Origin: Candidatus Nomurabacteria bacterium
Lineage (GTDB): Bacteria; Patescibacteriota; Minisyncoccia; Phycocordibacterales; UBA918
Assembly (NCBI GenBank): GCA_020632035.1
Contig: JACKGG010000001.1
Coordinates: 45,056 to 109,055 of the forward strand
DNA length: 64,000 bases
Direction of reading: 5' to 3'
Made by a program: the position numbers and the translations under genes. The notes beneath the pieces were generated by a model. The model was not told the origin of the DNA. It saw nothing but the letters and a program-made list of their open reading frames with translations, and did no database searches. The first letter of the stretch is position 1. Each line of letters opens with the position of its first letter. Below, in pieces: positions 20,429 through 31,000 of the stretch.

Positions 20429-20596
20429 AATCCGCCTACTATACAGAAAAACCTTAAAATGTCCAGTCCCTTATTGCTACTTTAGTATCATATCTTCACA
20501 ACCTATTTATCACACGCTCCGATGCATTCGTCTGAACTATAGACGTTTTATCCCCGCGGACGCTCAAAATACGTTGTGAAGATACTAGACAGACTA

Positions 20597-22390
20597 TTAG
20601 TCAGCTAAAAACAACTCGGCTTCATAGGCTGGCTCCCTAAGAATTTTCTCGTATTTAGCTATATTTTGCAGGGTTTCATCAAATCTTTTATCATCGTGAG
20701 CCTCTTCCATTTCGACCAAGTGCTTTTTCAATTCTGCCAACTTTCCACGAACAAGCATTGTCTTTAGCCTATTTAGCTTTGTTACCACTTCTTCAGTCAC
20801 GGCCAATTTAGGCAGGCTGGCAAATTGTTGCTCCAACTTAAACGATACTCCGGATAATTCTGATTCTGATGGTTTTTCTAGTTCGGAAATTTTGATTACC
20901 TTATCTAGTTCTGTTTTCAGTTTTTTGGCTAGTTTTTCTTCCACCAGCATTTCTGAAGCGAGGAGAAAAATATAAGATTTGTATCCTGTATCAATCGTGC
21001 TTTGTTTTTTGTCTAAATCATCTTTCTCACTTTCTGCTGTTTTGGTATCTACTCCAGCGTATTCACTCTTCTCCCTAAGTCTCTCCAGCTCAAAACGAAC
21101 TGCGTCTGTTGTTGAGTCAATAGCCTCAGCAATCTTTTTTACAAAATGTTCTTGGTCAATCCGACTTGGCAAGAGTAGTACAAAAGGTAATACTTCATCT
21201 CGGACTTTTCTTTTAAACGATCTATCGTCAGCGATTTCTCTCCGCAAAACATGAAGCAAAAACTCAATCACGTGCACTGATTTCCCTATAAACTTTTTAA
21301 ATTCATCCTTGTTCTCCAAAATAATATCAGCAGGATCTTTTCCTAGCGGAAGCTCGGCTACTTTTACATCAAGCCCCCTTCTGAGCATCAGATCTGCTCC
21401 TTTTTTCATGGCATTTATTCCGGCTCGGTCGGCGTCTAAGGCAAGCACGACCTTCTCTGACATTCTTTCCAAGAGTTGCACATGATGAAGAGTGAGCGCA
21501 GTCCCTGACACCGCAACAGTATTGCTGTACCCAGCCTGATGACACATCACTACATCAAATTGCCCTTCAACAATTAGCGAAAAATCCAAGTTCCTAATCC
21601 CTGTTTTAGCTTTATCGTAACCATAGAGAAGCTCAGATTTTTTGTAAAGTGCTGTTTCGGGTGAGTTTACGTATTTTGAAGCCTTGTCATCAGGATGCAG
21701 AATCCGACCAGAAAAAGCCACTACCTTCCCGCTTGGTTCCGCCATCGGAAACATTATTCGATCACGAAACACATCAAAGGGTTCTTTGCCTCCCTCTGTA
21801 GTTTTTATCAATCCAGCTTTTAATAGCTCATCTTGCTTGAAACCTTTCTTTTCCAATTCTTCTTTTGTCTCACGCCAGCCGTACTTCGGTGGACCGGGAG
21901 CAAAACCAATCCGCCACTTGGCAATCGTGTCTTTTTTAACTCCTCGTTTTTCTAGGTAGTCAATAGCTTCTTTTTCTTTATCCAGCCAGTCAGAATAAAA
22001 AACGGTGGCTGACTCAAGCGCACTATACAGATGCTCTCTTTCGCTCTTTTTCTTTGGGTCTTCTGGTATGAGTTCAACTCCGGCTTTTTGCGCTAGTATC
22101 TTTAGCGCTTCCTTAAAATCAACTCCTTCCATCGCTTGGACAAAATTGAACATGTCGCCACCTTGTGAGGTAGAAAAACAATAGTACATCCCTCGGTCAG
22201 GAGAAACATAAAAAGACGGGGTTTTTTCCGCCGAAAATGGAGATTTGCCTTTAAAATTTTTCCCAGCCTTATGTAGCTCAACGTAAGGTGAAATGACATC
22301 CAGAATACTGAGCTTATCTTTTATTTGCTGGACTGTATCACTCATAATTCCGTCTATTGTACCTGAAATTTTGTTTGAGTGCTCAAACAT
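20597..22390 (-). CDS. dnaG: DNA primase DnaG
   Basis: TOPRIM (EGQFDVV, LALDADRAG) and RNA-polymerase core. Sits in the conserved dnaG-rpoD arrangement. The N-terminal zinc-ribbon region is present but its ligand positions are altered (see findings). Confidence 0.85.
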   Translation of the reverse strand: MFEHSNKISGTIDGIMSDTVQQIKDKLSILDVISPYVELHKAGKNFKGKSPFSAEKTPSFYVSPDRGMYYCFSTSQGGDMFNFVQAMEGVDFKEALKILAQKAGVELIPEDPKKKSEREHLYSALESATVFYSDWLDKEKEAIDYLEKRGVKKDTIAKWRIGFAPGPPKYGWRETKEELEKKGFKQDELLKAGLIKTTEGGKEPFDVFRDRIMFPMAEPSGKVVAFSGRILHPDDKASKYVNSPETALYKKSELLYGYDKAKTGIRNLDFSLIVEGQFDVVMCHQAGYSNTVAVSGTALTLHHVQLLERMSEKVVLALDADRAGINAMKKGADLMLRRGLDVKVAELPLGKDPADIILENKDEFKKFIGKSVHVIEFLLHVLRREIADDRSFKRKVRDEVLPFVLLLPSRIDQEHFVKKIAEAIDSTTDAVRFELERLREKSEYAGVDTKTAESEKDDLDKKQSTIDTGYKSYIFLLASEMLVEEKLAKKLKTELDKVIKISELEKPSESELSGVSFKLEQQFASLPKLAVTEEVVTKLNRLKTMLVRGKLAELKKHLVEMEEAHDDKRFDETLQNIAKYEKILREPAYEAELFLAD

Positions 22391-22399
22391 TGACTTCTA

Positions 22400-22753
22400 T
22401 TGTTTTTGACGTATAATATTAAAAATTCAAGAGGAGTTCTTCTAATGATTTATTTATTTGTTTTCTTGTGCGCGACCACGAGCATAACCCTTGTTAATAG
22501 CGAGGGGTTGACTATGCAAGCAATTACGAACGGGTCTGCCGCAATCTGTCTGCTGATATGGAAATTACTAGATAAGTATAGGTCTGGTAGTAGAAAAATG
22601 TCATTCTACTGGGGTTGTGTTTTTACAGTATGTTTTATGTCAGCACTAGTCGAACAACAAATACAAGGATTCTTCTTTTGGTGTGGTGTGATTGGCTTAT
22701 CACTGAGTGCAGCACTTTATCTAAGAGAAGTAATACATCAAATAAAAAAATAA
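22400..22753 (+). CDS. Small integral membrane protein
   Basis: 117 aa with three or four predicted transmembrane helices. Followed by a terminator. Confidence 0.4.
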   Translation: MFLTYNIKNSRGVLLMIYLFVFLCATTSITLVNSEGLTMQAITNGSAAICLLIWKLLDKYRSGSRKMSFYWGCVFTVCFMSALVEQQIQGFFFWCGVIGLSLSAALYLREVIHQIKK

Positions 22754-22775
22754 ACCTGAAACCTTCTAGACTACC

Positions 22776-22810
22776 TCGCCGGCACACATTACATGTGACC
22801 GGCGGTTTTT
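22776..22810 (+). terminator. Rho-independent terminator
   Basis: CCGGCACACA-ttacatg-TGTGACCGGCGG followed by TTTTT. Confidence 0.5.
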
Positions 22811-22812
22811 GT

Positions 22813-23457
22813 CTAAGCAGTGAACTTCAAAACTCCCTTTTCATTTACCAAAATCTCGCTGAGGGCTTTTTGTTTTTTGGCGGTGGTATTGGCTTTAATG
22901 TGTAGCACTCTCTCCCCTTTTACCAGTCTAGAGCGAGTTATTTGAACAATCTTAATCTTGCATTCATCAAATATATCGAGAATATTGTCTTCGTCTTCGT
23001 CTGAATTTTTAATAGTTACATCAACTTCTACAAAATCATGCATTCTGTCTATCCAACGTTCAAAAGGAGGCAGTGCCCAAAGTACAATCAACACCAACAA
23101 AGTAACAGCTCCCACCAACTCGTATTCCATAAGTCCTGCCCCCATACCCAAAGCGGCCACTAGCCAGATAGAGGCAGCGGTTGTGATACCTCTTATTGTT
23201 GCACCATCTTTAAGGACGACCCCTGCTCCCAAGAAACCAATACCTGTCACAATCGCTGCTGCAATACGAGTAGACTCCTTCTCGACCGTTCCCATTTTTA
23301 TTGATAAAAGAGTAAATAGTGTTGAGCCAATCGCGATTAAAATCATGGTGCGAAAGCCGGCGCTTTTATCTCGGTACTCTCGTTCGATACCGATAAGACC
23401 ACCTGCTAAAACTGACACTAAAATAGGAATAAAGTACTTCAAAAGTTCTTCTAACAT
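22813..23457 (-). CDS. mgtC: MgtC/SapB family membrane protein
   Basis: LAGGLIGIEREYRDKSAGFRT motif, typical of MgtC, plus a C-terminal soluble domain. Confidence 0.75.
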   Translation of the reverse strand: MLEELLKYFIPILVSVLAGGLIGIEREYRDKSAGFRTMILIAIGSTLFTLLSIKMGTVEKESTRIAAAIVTGIGFLGAGVVLKDGATIRGITTAASIWLVAALGMGAGLMEYELVGAVTLLVLIVLWALPPFERWIDRMHDFVEVDVTIKNSDEDEDNILDIFDECKIKIVQITRSRLVKGERVLHIKANTTAKKQKALSEILVNEKGVLKFTA

Positions 23458-23879
23458 AACTGGATTATTTTAGCACGTTATAAAATTTTGAGTTTTACAC
23501 ATTTGCACAGTTAGACCTGTATAACTAATTTAACTTAAGACTTGATTTTTATATAACAAGTGTGGAACAACTGAAGAGGAAAATACGATGCTACTAAAAA
23601 TTATTGAGTATTTTGTCTTGAGAGGTTTGGGAATTTCGCTGAGTGTTTTTTTACTTAACAACCCCAAGCATAGCTGGTGCGCTATTAATCTTCACTCTAA
23701 TACAAGGAATTATATTATTCCTAGAGAGTGACATAAGGAGGTTGTTTAAGGATAAATACGATTTTTTATAACCGCCCCGCCATAGCGGGGTTTACCAATT
23801 TGACTTGATTTTATGTATAAATGTGGTACTATTTTACCAAACTCTTGTTCCCTATTTCAACCACGCTGAGGATATTAAA

Positions 23880-24200
23880 ATGGCTAAGAAAAAAGCTGGT
23901 GGCACACATACAACCTTGATTGGTTGTGCTCAATCGGTAGTAGATGAGCTTAATAAACTACCTGATGGAGTAATAAAGTCCTATTCACCAGGTCGTATAA
24001 CAGACCCTGCACGATCGGGAAGCAGTAGACACTTGACTTTCGTACACACCGCAGTAGGTATTGAAATGAAAATATGTGGCGATGGTGTCCAAATCGTAAC
24101 AGTTCATACGGACAATCGAAGACAGATGATTGAACAAATTAAAAAGTCGAAAAAGTTACGACGTTTCAATTTCAATGAGCGTGATCGTACACCCAGGTAA
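23880..24200 (+). CDS. Hypothetical basic protein
   Basis: ORF from MAKKKAGGTHTT…, with an AGGA sequence 8 nt upstream. The track start at 23805 gives an implausible N-terminus. Followed by a terminator. Confidence 0.45.
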   Translation: MAKKKAGGTHTTLIGCAQSVVDELNKLPDGVIKSYSPGRITDPARSGSSRHLTFVHTAVGIEMKICGDGVQIVTVHTDNRRQMIEQIKKSKKLRRFNFNERDRTPR

Positions 24201-24214
24201 CCTTTTACCTCAAA

Positions 24215-24252
24215 ACACCCCGAGCGATTTTTGCCGGGGTGCATTTTTTAGC
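24215..24252 (+). terminator. Rho-independent terminator
   Basis: CACCCCG-(12-nt loop)-CGGGGTG followed by a T-run. Confidence 0.5.
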
Positions 24253-24257
24253 TATAA

Positions 24258-24290
24258 AAAAAAGCCTGTGCGAAGCACCGGCTTTTTTCT
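24258..24290 (-). terminator. Rho-independent terminator downstream of rpoC
   Basis: AGCC-GTGC-gaa-GCAC-GGCT flanked by A8 and T6. Confidence 0.5.
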
Positions 24291-24304
24291 TCTACCTAAT
24301 CAAA

Positions 24305-27300
24305 CTAATTTTGACTAGCTTGTAAATCCTGAATCATCTTGTACTTCTGACTTCCTTCGAACCCAGAACCTGCTGGAATAAGTTTTCCGATGATAACGTT
24401 TTCCATCAAGCCAGCCAGGTTATCGCTACTTCCCTTCACTGCTGCGTTAATAAGAACGCGAGTTGTGTTTTGGAATGAAGCGGCTGACAAGAAACTCTTT
24501 CGTGATAGAGATGTCTCAGTGATACCCATTATTAGTCTGTCACCTTTTGCAACATCTTTTCCATCTTCTTTGAGCTTGTTGTTTATATCAACCAAGATCC
24601 ATTCTTCAACCACTTCACCAATTGTGAACGGGCTGTCTCCTCTATGATTAATCTTAACCCGTGACATCATCTGCTTAACAATAAGCTCAATGTGCTTTCG
24701 TGAAATGGTTACACCTTGAAGTTCGTAAATCTTGTTTACTTCAGAAATAATATAGTCCTGAGTTATTTCTTGTCCTCCAAACTTAAACAGTTCAGGAAGT
24801 AGAGCAGAACCGTCAGTAAGCATTTGTCCAGGAATAACAGTATCTCCCTTTGAAACGGTAGTTACACGACGGTAGTGCACTTCATACTCAGTTGCATCTT
24901 TCTTTTTTGGAGCACCGGGAGCACTCATGTCTGGAGCAACTACGATTACTTTTTCTCGTCCTTCAGTTCGTATATCAGTAACAACACCATGATACTTAGC
25001 AACTACAGCTGGAATTTTTGGTTGACGCTTCTCGAAGACTTCTTCTACACGAGGTAGACCTTGAGTTACGTCTCCACCTACAGATGCGGCTCCTCCGGCG
25101 TGCTTGGTGTTCATAGTAAGCTGAGTACCCGGCTCACCAATCGCTTGGGCTGCTACAGTCCCTACTGCTTCACCAATATCTACTAGAGCATTGGTTGTAA
25201 GGTCGATACCATAGCACTGCTGACATACTCCTCTTAGTGTCTTACAGGTCATTGGAGAACGTACAGTCACATTTTCACAAGTTGTCTCCTCTACAGCAAT
25301 CGCATCACGCCGAGAAAGCAGATGTCCTTTTTTGAAGATAACATTTCCTTTTGTATCAACAGCATCCTCAGCTAAGATACGTCCACGAATTGCTTTAGAA
25401 AATGCAATTTCGATTCCAGAAGCTGAGATACGGTTAATGCTTGTTCCCGCTTTAGTCTTACAGTTTGACTCAGTTACGATAGCGTCTTGAGCTACCACGA
25501 AGAGTCGTCGAGTAAGATAACCTGCTTTTGCAGTTTGAAGTGCGGTGTCAGCTAGCCCCTTACGCGAACCGTGAGTAGTATTAAAGTACTCAATCGGTGT
25601 CATACCTTCTTTCATAGATGAAAGTACTGGGAACTCTAGAGTTTCACCTCTAGTGTTTACAATCAAACCTTTCATACCCGCCATTTGAGCAATCTGTCCG
25701 AGAGAACCTCGAGCACCAGACTTCCACATTTCATAAGCAGAACCATTTTCGCTCAAAGTTTCTGGTAGAATTTTTTCAATATCACTTTTCGCTCGGTGCC
25801 ATACTTCTACCACCATTCGACGTCGTTCGTCTCGTGAAAGAAGACCTTCGTCAAAATGTCCAACAATCTCGCGCACTTCTTCTCTAGCTGCTTCTATAAT
25901 CGCAGGTTTTTGTTCTGGCACAATCACGTCATCAATTCCCCAAGTAGTTCCTGAAACAGTTGCGTACTTGAAACCAAACTTCTTAAGTCGGTCTACAATC
26001 GCTGGTACCGCTTGAGCACCGCGATCGTCAATAATATCAATGATGATTTGGAATAATGTCTTTTGAACAACTACGTCATTGATGAATGGGTGATCGCTAG
26101 GAAGTACAGAGTTGAATAAAAGACGTCCAACCGAGGTCTCAAATATTTTTCCTTCATATTGAGCGTACTTTTCAGTTTCTGTGGAAAGTACTTTAACCAT
26201 TGCACGGAAGTCTATTACTCCGTAATCAAAAGCATTGATAGCGTCATTTGGAGAAGCAAAGTACTTACCCTCTCCATGTGCACCTTCAACCACCTTAGTC
26301 ATCCAGTAGGCTCCAAGGGCCATATCTAGAAGCTTTTCAGATACCACAGGCTCAGAAGAACCCGGCTTTAGAATATTGTTGTTTGCAGAGATAATTGTCT
26401 TAGCTTCCATCTGTGCTTCATCTGAAAGTGGTACGTGTACCGCCATTTGGTCTCCGTCGAAGTCGGCATTAAATGCTCGACAAACAAGTGGGTGTACCTG
26501 GATAGCGTTACCCTCAATCAGTACTGGACGGAAGGCCTGGATACCTTGTCGGTGAAGAGTTGGAGCACGGTTTAGCATCACGTATTTCTTCATGATGATA
26601 TCTTCAAGAATCGCCCAAACTTCAGGTACACCATCCTCAATCAAGCGTCCAGCTCCTCTAATGTTGTATGCCAACTCTTGTTCGAGCAGTTGAGCAATTA
26701 CAAACGGTCGAAAAAGTTCAAGGGCCATGTGCTTCGGAAGACCACATTGGTCTAGCGCTAGCTCAGGACCGATAACAATCACAGAACGTCCAGAATAGTC
26801 TACTCGTTTACCAAGTAGGTTTTGTCGGAAGTATCCTTGCTTACTCTTTAGGTAGTCAGAAAGTGACTTTAGTGGTCGACGTTGTGCCTGACTCATTACT
26901 GAGTATGCTCCACCACCGTGTCGGATAGAATTATCGATCAGAGCATCAACGGCCTCCTGCATGATTCGTTTTTCGTTTCGAAGAATAACGTCTGGCGCCT
27001 GAATGTCGATCAACTTTTTTAGACGATTGTTTCGGTTGATAACTCGTCGATAAAGGTCGTTTAGGTCAGAAGAAGCGTGCCGACCTCCTTCAAGAGCCAC
27101 CATCGGACGGATAGCTGGTGGTACCACTGGGATACGAGTTAGGAACAGCCATTCTGGCTTTACTCCAGCGTTTACCATTCCTCGAATAAGCGATAGACGC
27201 TTGTCGAGTTTTGCTCGCTCCATTGCACCAGCCTTGGTGTAACGATCTTCAAGTTCTTCAGCTAGCTTAGACAGGTCAAGCTCTTTGAATAATTCAAAGA

Positions 27301-27991
27301 TAGCTTCAGCACCGATCTTAGCTTCAAATAAAGTACTGTACTTGATTGAGAACTTGTGAAAAGTCGCCTCGTCTAGTACTACTCCTAGCTTGATACCTTC
27401 AATCTCTTTTTTGGTTTCATCAGCTCTGGTCTTCAGAGCGTCCTTTGCGTCTTCGTTTTGCAGTGCTTTTAGTTTTGTTTTAAATTCTGTATCAAGTTCA
27501 TTTAAGATTCGAGCTCGATCTTGCTCGCTTACCTTAGTTACAATGTATCCAGCGAAGTAGATGACTTTTTCTACTGAAGAAGCAGTCAGACCAAGAATCA
27601 TAGCGATTCTTGATGGTACTCCACGTAGGAACCAAATGTGAGACACGGGAACACAAAGGTCGATGTGACCCATTCGTTCTCGACGTACAATGGCGCGAGT
27701 AATTTCTACTCCACACTTTTCACATACAATACCTTTGTAGCGAATTCCTCGGTACTTCTTACAACTACATTCGTAGTCTTCAACTGGACCAAAGATTCTT
27801 TCATCAAATAGACCGTGCTTCTCAGGACGTTGAGTTCGGTAGTTAATCGTTTCCGGCTTAGTTACTTCTCCCCATGACCAGTCAAGAATAGTTTCTGGTG
27901 ATGCCAACTTCAAACTTACACCTGTGTAGTTTGTTGGGATTGGTGCTGGCTTCTTGAATTCTGTTTTTTTGAATGTTGATTCGTTAGACAT
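24305..27991 (-). CDS. rpoC: DNA-directed RNA polymerase subunit beta'
   Basis: 1228 aa with the NADFDGD catalytic motif and zinc-binding cysteines at the N-terminus. Confidence 0.95.
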   Translation of the reverse strand: MSNESTFKKTEFKKPAPIPTNYTGVSLKLASPETILDWSWGEVTKPETINYRTQRPEKHGLFDERIFGPVEDYECSCKKYRGIRYKGIVCEKCGVEITRAIVRRERMGHIDLCVPVSHIWFLRGVPSRIAMILGLTASSVEKVIYFAGYIVTKVSEQDRARILNELDTEFKTKLKALQNEDAKDALKTRADETKKEIEGIKLGVVLDEATFHKFSIKYSTLFEAKIGAEAIFELFKELDLSKLAEELEDRYTKAGAMERAKLDKRLSLIRGMVNAGVKPEWLFLTRIPVVPPAIRPMVALEGGRHASSDLNDLYRRVINRNNRLKKLIDIQAPDVILRNEKRIMQEAVDALIDNSIRHGGGAYSVMSQAQRRPLKSLSDYLKSKQGYFRQNLLGKRVDYSGRSVIVIGPELALDQCGLPKHMALELFRPFVIAQLLEQELAYNIRGAGRLIEDGVPEVWAILEDIIMKKYVMLNRAPTLHRQGIQAFRPVLIEGNAIQVHPLVCRAFNADFDGDQMAVHVPLSDEAQMEAKTIISANNNILKPGSSEPVVSEKLLDMALGAYWMTKVVEGAHGEGKYFASPNDAINAFDYGVIDFRAMVKVLSTETEKYAQYEGKIFETSVGRLLFNSVLPSDHPFINDVVVQKTLFQIIIDIIDDRGAQAVPAIVDRLKKFGFKYATVSGTTWGIDDVIVPEQKPAIIEAAREEVREIVGHFDEGLLSRDERRRMVVEVWHRAKSDIEKILPETLSENGSAYEMWKSGARGSLGQIAQMAGMKGLIVNTRGETLEFPVLSSMKEGMTPIEYFNTTHGSRKGLADTALQTAKAGYLTRRLFVVAQDAIVTESNCKTKAGTSINRISASGIEIAFSKAIRGRILAEDAVDTKGNVIFKKGHLLSRRDAIAVEETTCENVTVRSPMTCKTLRGVCQQCYGIDLTTNALVDIGEAVGTVAAQAIGEPGTQLTMNTKHAGGAASVGGDVTQGLPRVEEVFEKRQPKIPAVVAKYHGVVTDIRTEGREKVIVVAPDMSAPGAPKKKDATEYEVHYRRVTTVSKGDTVIPGQMLTDGSALLPELFKFGGQEITQDYIISEVNKIYELQGVTISRKHIELIVKQMMSRVKINHRGDSPFTIGEVVEEWILVDINNKLKEDGKDVAKGDRLIMGITETSLSRKSFLSAASFQNTTRVLINAAVKGSSDNLAGLMENVIIGKLIPAGSGFEGSQKYKMIQDLQASQN

Positions 27992-28002
27992 AAGCAGAAA
28001 AA

Positions 28003-31000
28003 TTAAGCAGACTCATAATTACGTTTAAACTCTTCCTTCTCCAACTTCACATCTAGTGCTAAACCTCGTAGTTGGTTTAGAAGCACATTGAAGGCAGCTG
28101 GAGTGTGAGGATGAGAAATCTTTTCACCTCGCACAATCGCGTCGAAAGCTGCGCTTCGTCCGACGATATCGTCTGACTTGATGGTGAGCATTTCTCGAAG
28201 TGTATAGGCTGCCCCATAACCAAGTAGTGCCCACACTTCCATTTCTCCAAATCTTTGTCCTCCCACCTGAGCCTTTCCTCCGAGTGGTTGTTGAGTGATA
28301 AGTGAGTATGGACCAATCGAACGCATGTGGATCTTGTCTTCTACCATGTGGTGAAGCTTCAAGATATACATATATCCAACAGCTGTTTTCTGAGCAAATT
28401 TTTCACCTGTTAGACCGTCTCGTAGTTGAATCTTTCCGTCTTCAGGGAATCCAGCTTCTACTAATTCTTTCTTTACGTCTTCCTCAGAAGCTCCAGCAAA
28501 AGGTGGCACAATAGCTTGGTAACCAAGTGTGTGCGCTGCCATACCAAGGTGAAGTTCTAGAATCTGCCCCAGGTTCATACGTGAAGGTACACCAAGTGGT
28601 GTCAGTAGGATATCAACCGGAGTTCCATCTTCTGTGTACGGCATATCTTCTTCAGGCAGAATTCGAGAGATTACCCCCTTGTTTCCGTGTCGTCCCGCTA
28701 GCTTGTCTCCAACTGACACGTTTCGTACTTGAGCAACAGTAATAAGAATCTTTTTGATTACTCCGCTTTCTAGATTGTCTCCATCTTCTCGAGAGAAGAT
28801 CTTAACTCCAATCACTCGACCACGCTTTCCAGCCTCTAGTCTAAGTGAAGTATCTTTCACATCTTTAGCTTTTTCACCAAAGATAGATCGAAGCAGTCGT
28901 TCTTCTGGAGTAAGTTGGGTTTCTCCCTTTGGAGTAACTTTTCCAACCAAGATATCTCCTGGTCTTACTTCAGCTCCAATCCGGATAACTCCAGTTTCAT
29001 CGAGGTTTCGTAGTTTGAGTTCTGAAACGTTTGGAATGTCTGGAGTTGTTACTTCTGGTCCAAGCTTAGTGTCTCGCACTGCTACTTCTAGTTCATCTAG
29101 GTGGATGGTTGAAAACTTACTCTTCTTTACTAGTCGTTCAGAAATGATAATAGCATCTTCGTAGTTGGCACCATTCCAACTCATGAAAGCCACCATGGCG
29201 TTTTGTCCTACAGCAATCTGTCCGTTGTCGGTAGAAGTTGTGTCAGCTAGCAAGTCGCCTCGTTTTACCTTCTGTCCCACTGAGACAGCTGGTCGGTGAC
29301 TGAAGGCTGAGAAATCGTTGGTTCGTTGTAGTTGTGTTAGTGGGTACTCCTTGTTCTTTCCATCTTTTCCTTTGATTACAATCTTACGAGCATCGGCTTC
29401 AGTAACTTCCCCTGCTTCTTGTGCATATAGTACTCGTCCAACATCTCTGGCAGACATAGCTTCTACTCCAGTCGCCACTATCGGTGCTTCTTGCACGATA
29501 CAAGGTGTCGACTGTTTCTGCATGTTTGAACCCATCAAAGTACGGTTGGCATCATCGTGGTTCAAGAAAGGAATCATTGAAGTCGCAACGGAGAAAGGTT
29601 GGTTGGTGGCAATATCGATGTAGTCTACGTCGTCTCGAGACACCATTCTTGGTTCTCCACGGTAACGAGCTTCTACGAATTCATTTTCAATTTTACCTTT
29701 ATCGCTTACTACGATAGCAGCATGAGCAATAGTGAATCCTTCTTCCTCATGAGCGTTCATGTATGTGATCTCATCAGTCAGTTTACCCTTAGTAACCTTC
29801 ATGTATGGAGTCTCGATAATACCAAAGCGGTTTACTCGAGAATACATTGAAAGACGTAGGATCAAACCAATGTTTGGTCCTTCTGGGGTATGGATTGGAC
29901 AAAGTCGTCCGTAGTGAGACGGGTGAACGTCTCGTACTTCAAAGCCAGCTCGTTCTCGAGTAAGTCCACCGGGACCTAAAGCAGAAAGAGTACGGAGGTG
30001 TTCTACTTCAGCAAGAATATTTTGCTGTTGTGAGAACTGTGAGAGTTGGTTGGTCGTGAAAAACTCTTTAATAGCGGCTTGCAAAGGTCGTGGGTTAATG
30101 ATCTGCATTGGGAGAGAAGTTTCTGCTTCAATAGTAGACATCCGGTCTTGAATATTTCGCTTCATGCGAGTCATACCAACTCGAACGCGTTGCTGTAGCA
30201 TTTCACCAAAGTAACGTACACGACGGAAACCGAGGTGGTCGATATCATCAGGCAAGGCTTGGTTGTCGTGATTTGAAACTATGATGTGAGAAAGGATTCG
30301 TTGAACATCTTCTACTGAAACAGTTCGGTTAGCTGTTGCTTTGGCATCGGTTGGTAGACCAAAACGTTCATTGAAGTGATGGCGTCCGATTTCAGACAAG
30401 TCATATCTTTCTGGTGAGAAGATTGAGTTAACAAACTCCTTAGCGTTGTCGATAGTCGCTAGGTCTCCATCTCGAAGGCGTTTGTAGATTTCTACATATG
30501 AATCATCGGTGGTTTTGGCGGGGTCCTTTTCGATCGTAGCCTTCATGTATTCCTCACCTCGTTCAATTCCCTTCATGAGTTTAATCATGGCTTTTTCGTC
30601 TTCAACTCCAAGTACTCGAAGTAGAGATGAAATTGGGAATTTCTTCTTGCGGTCAATTTTTACATAAATCACTCCATCGGCTTCAGATTCAACCTCAACC
30701 CAGGCTCCTCGAGCTGGGATGATTTTAGCACCAAAGAGAGTCTTCCCTTTTGATTCTTGGGCAGTAAAGAAGATACCGTAACTTCTTGCAAGTTGTGGCA
30801 CGATAACACGCTCCACACCATTGATTATGAAAGTTCCGTTGTCAGTCATCACTGGGATGTCTGTCATGAAGATTTCTTGTTCCTTCTCGCTTTCGAAAGT
30901 CTTGTTCTTTAGAACTACTGTGGCTCGTAGCGGTGCTTCGTAAGTTCTTTTGTTTTCTTTAGTAAATTCTGGAGAGTACTTTGGTACACCCATTTCGTAC

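Noticed and set aside
28754-29164. Multiple 60–230-aa ORFs antisense to rpoB, rpoC, smc, the giant surface protein, mgtC and hisS (e.g. 28754..29164, 43700..44221, 44546..45250, 58503..58994, 22958..23473, 11262..11597)
   Set aside because: They are shadow ORFs inside long, well-supported genes on the opposite strand. They have low-complexity Ser/Thr/Ala-rich translations and no start context.
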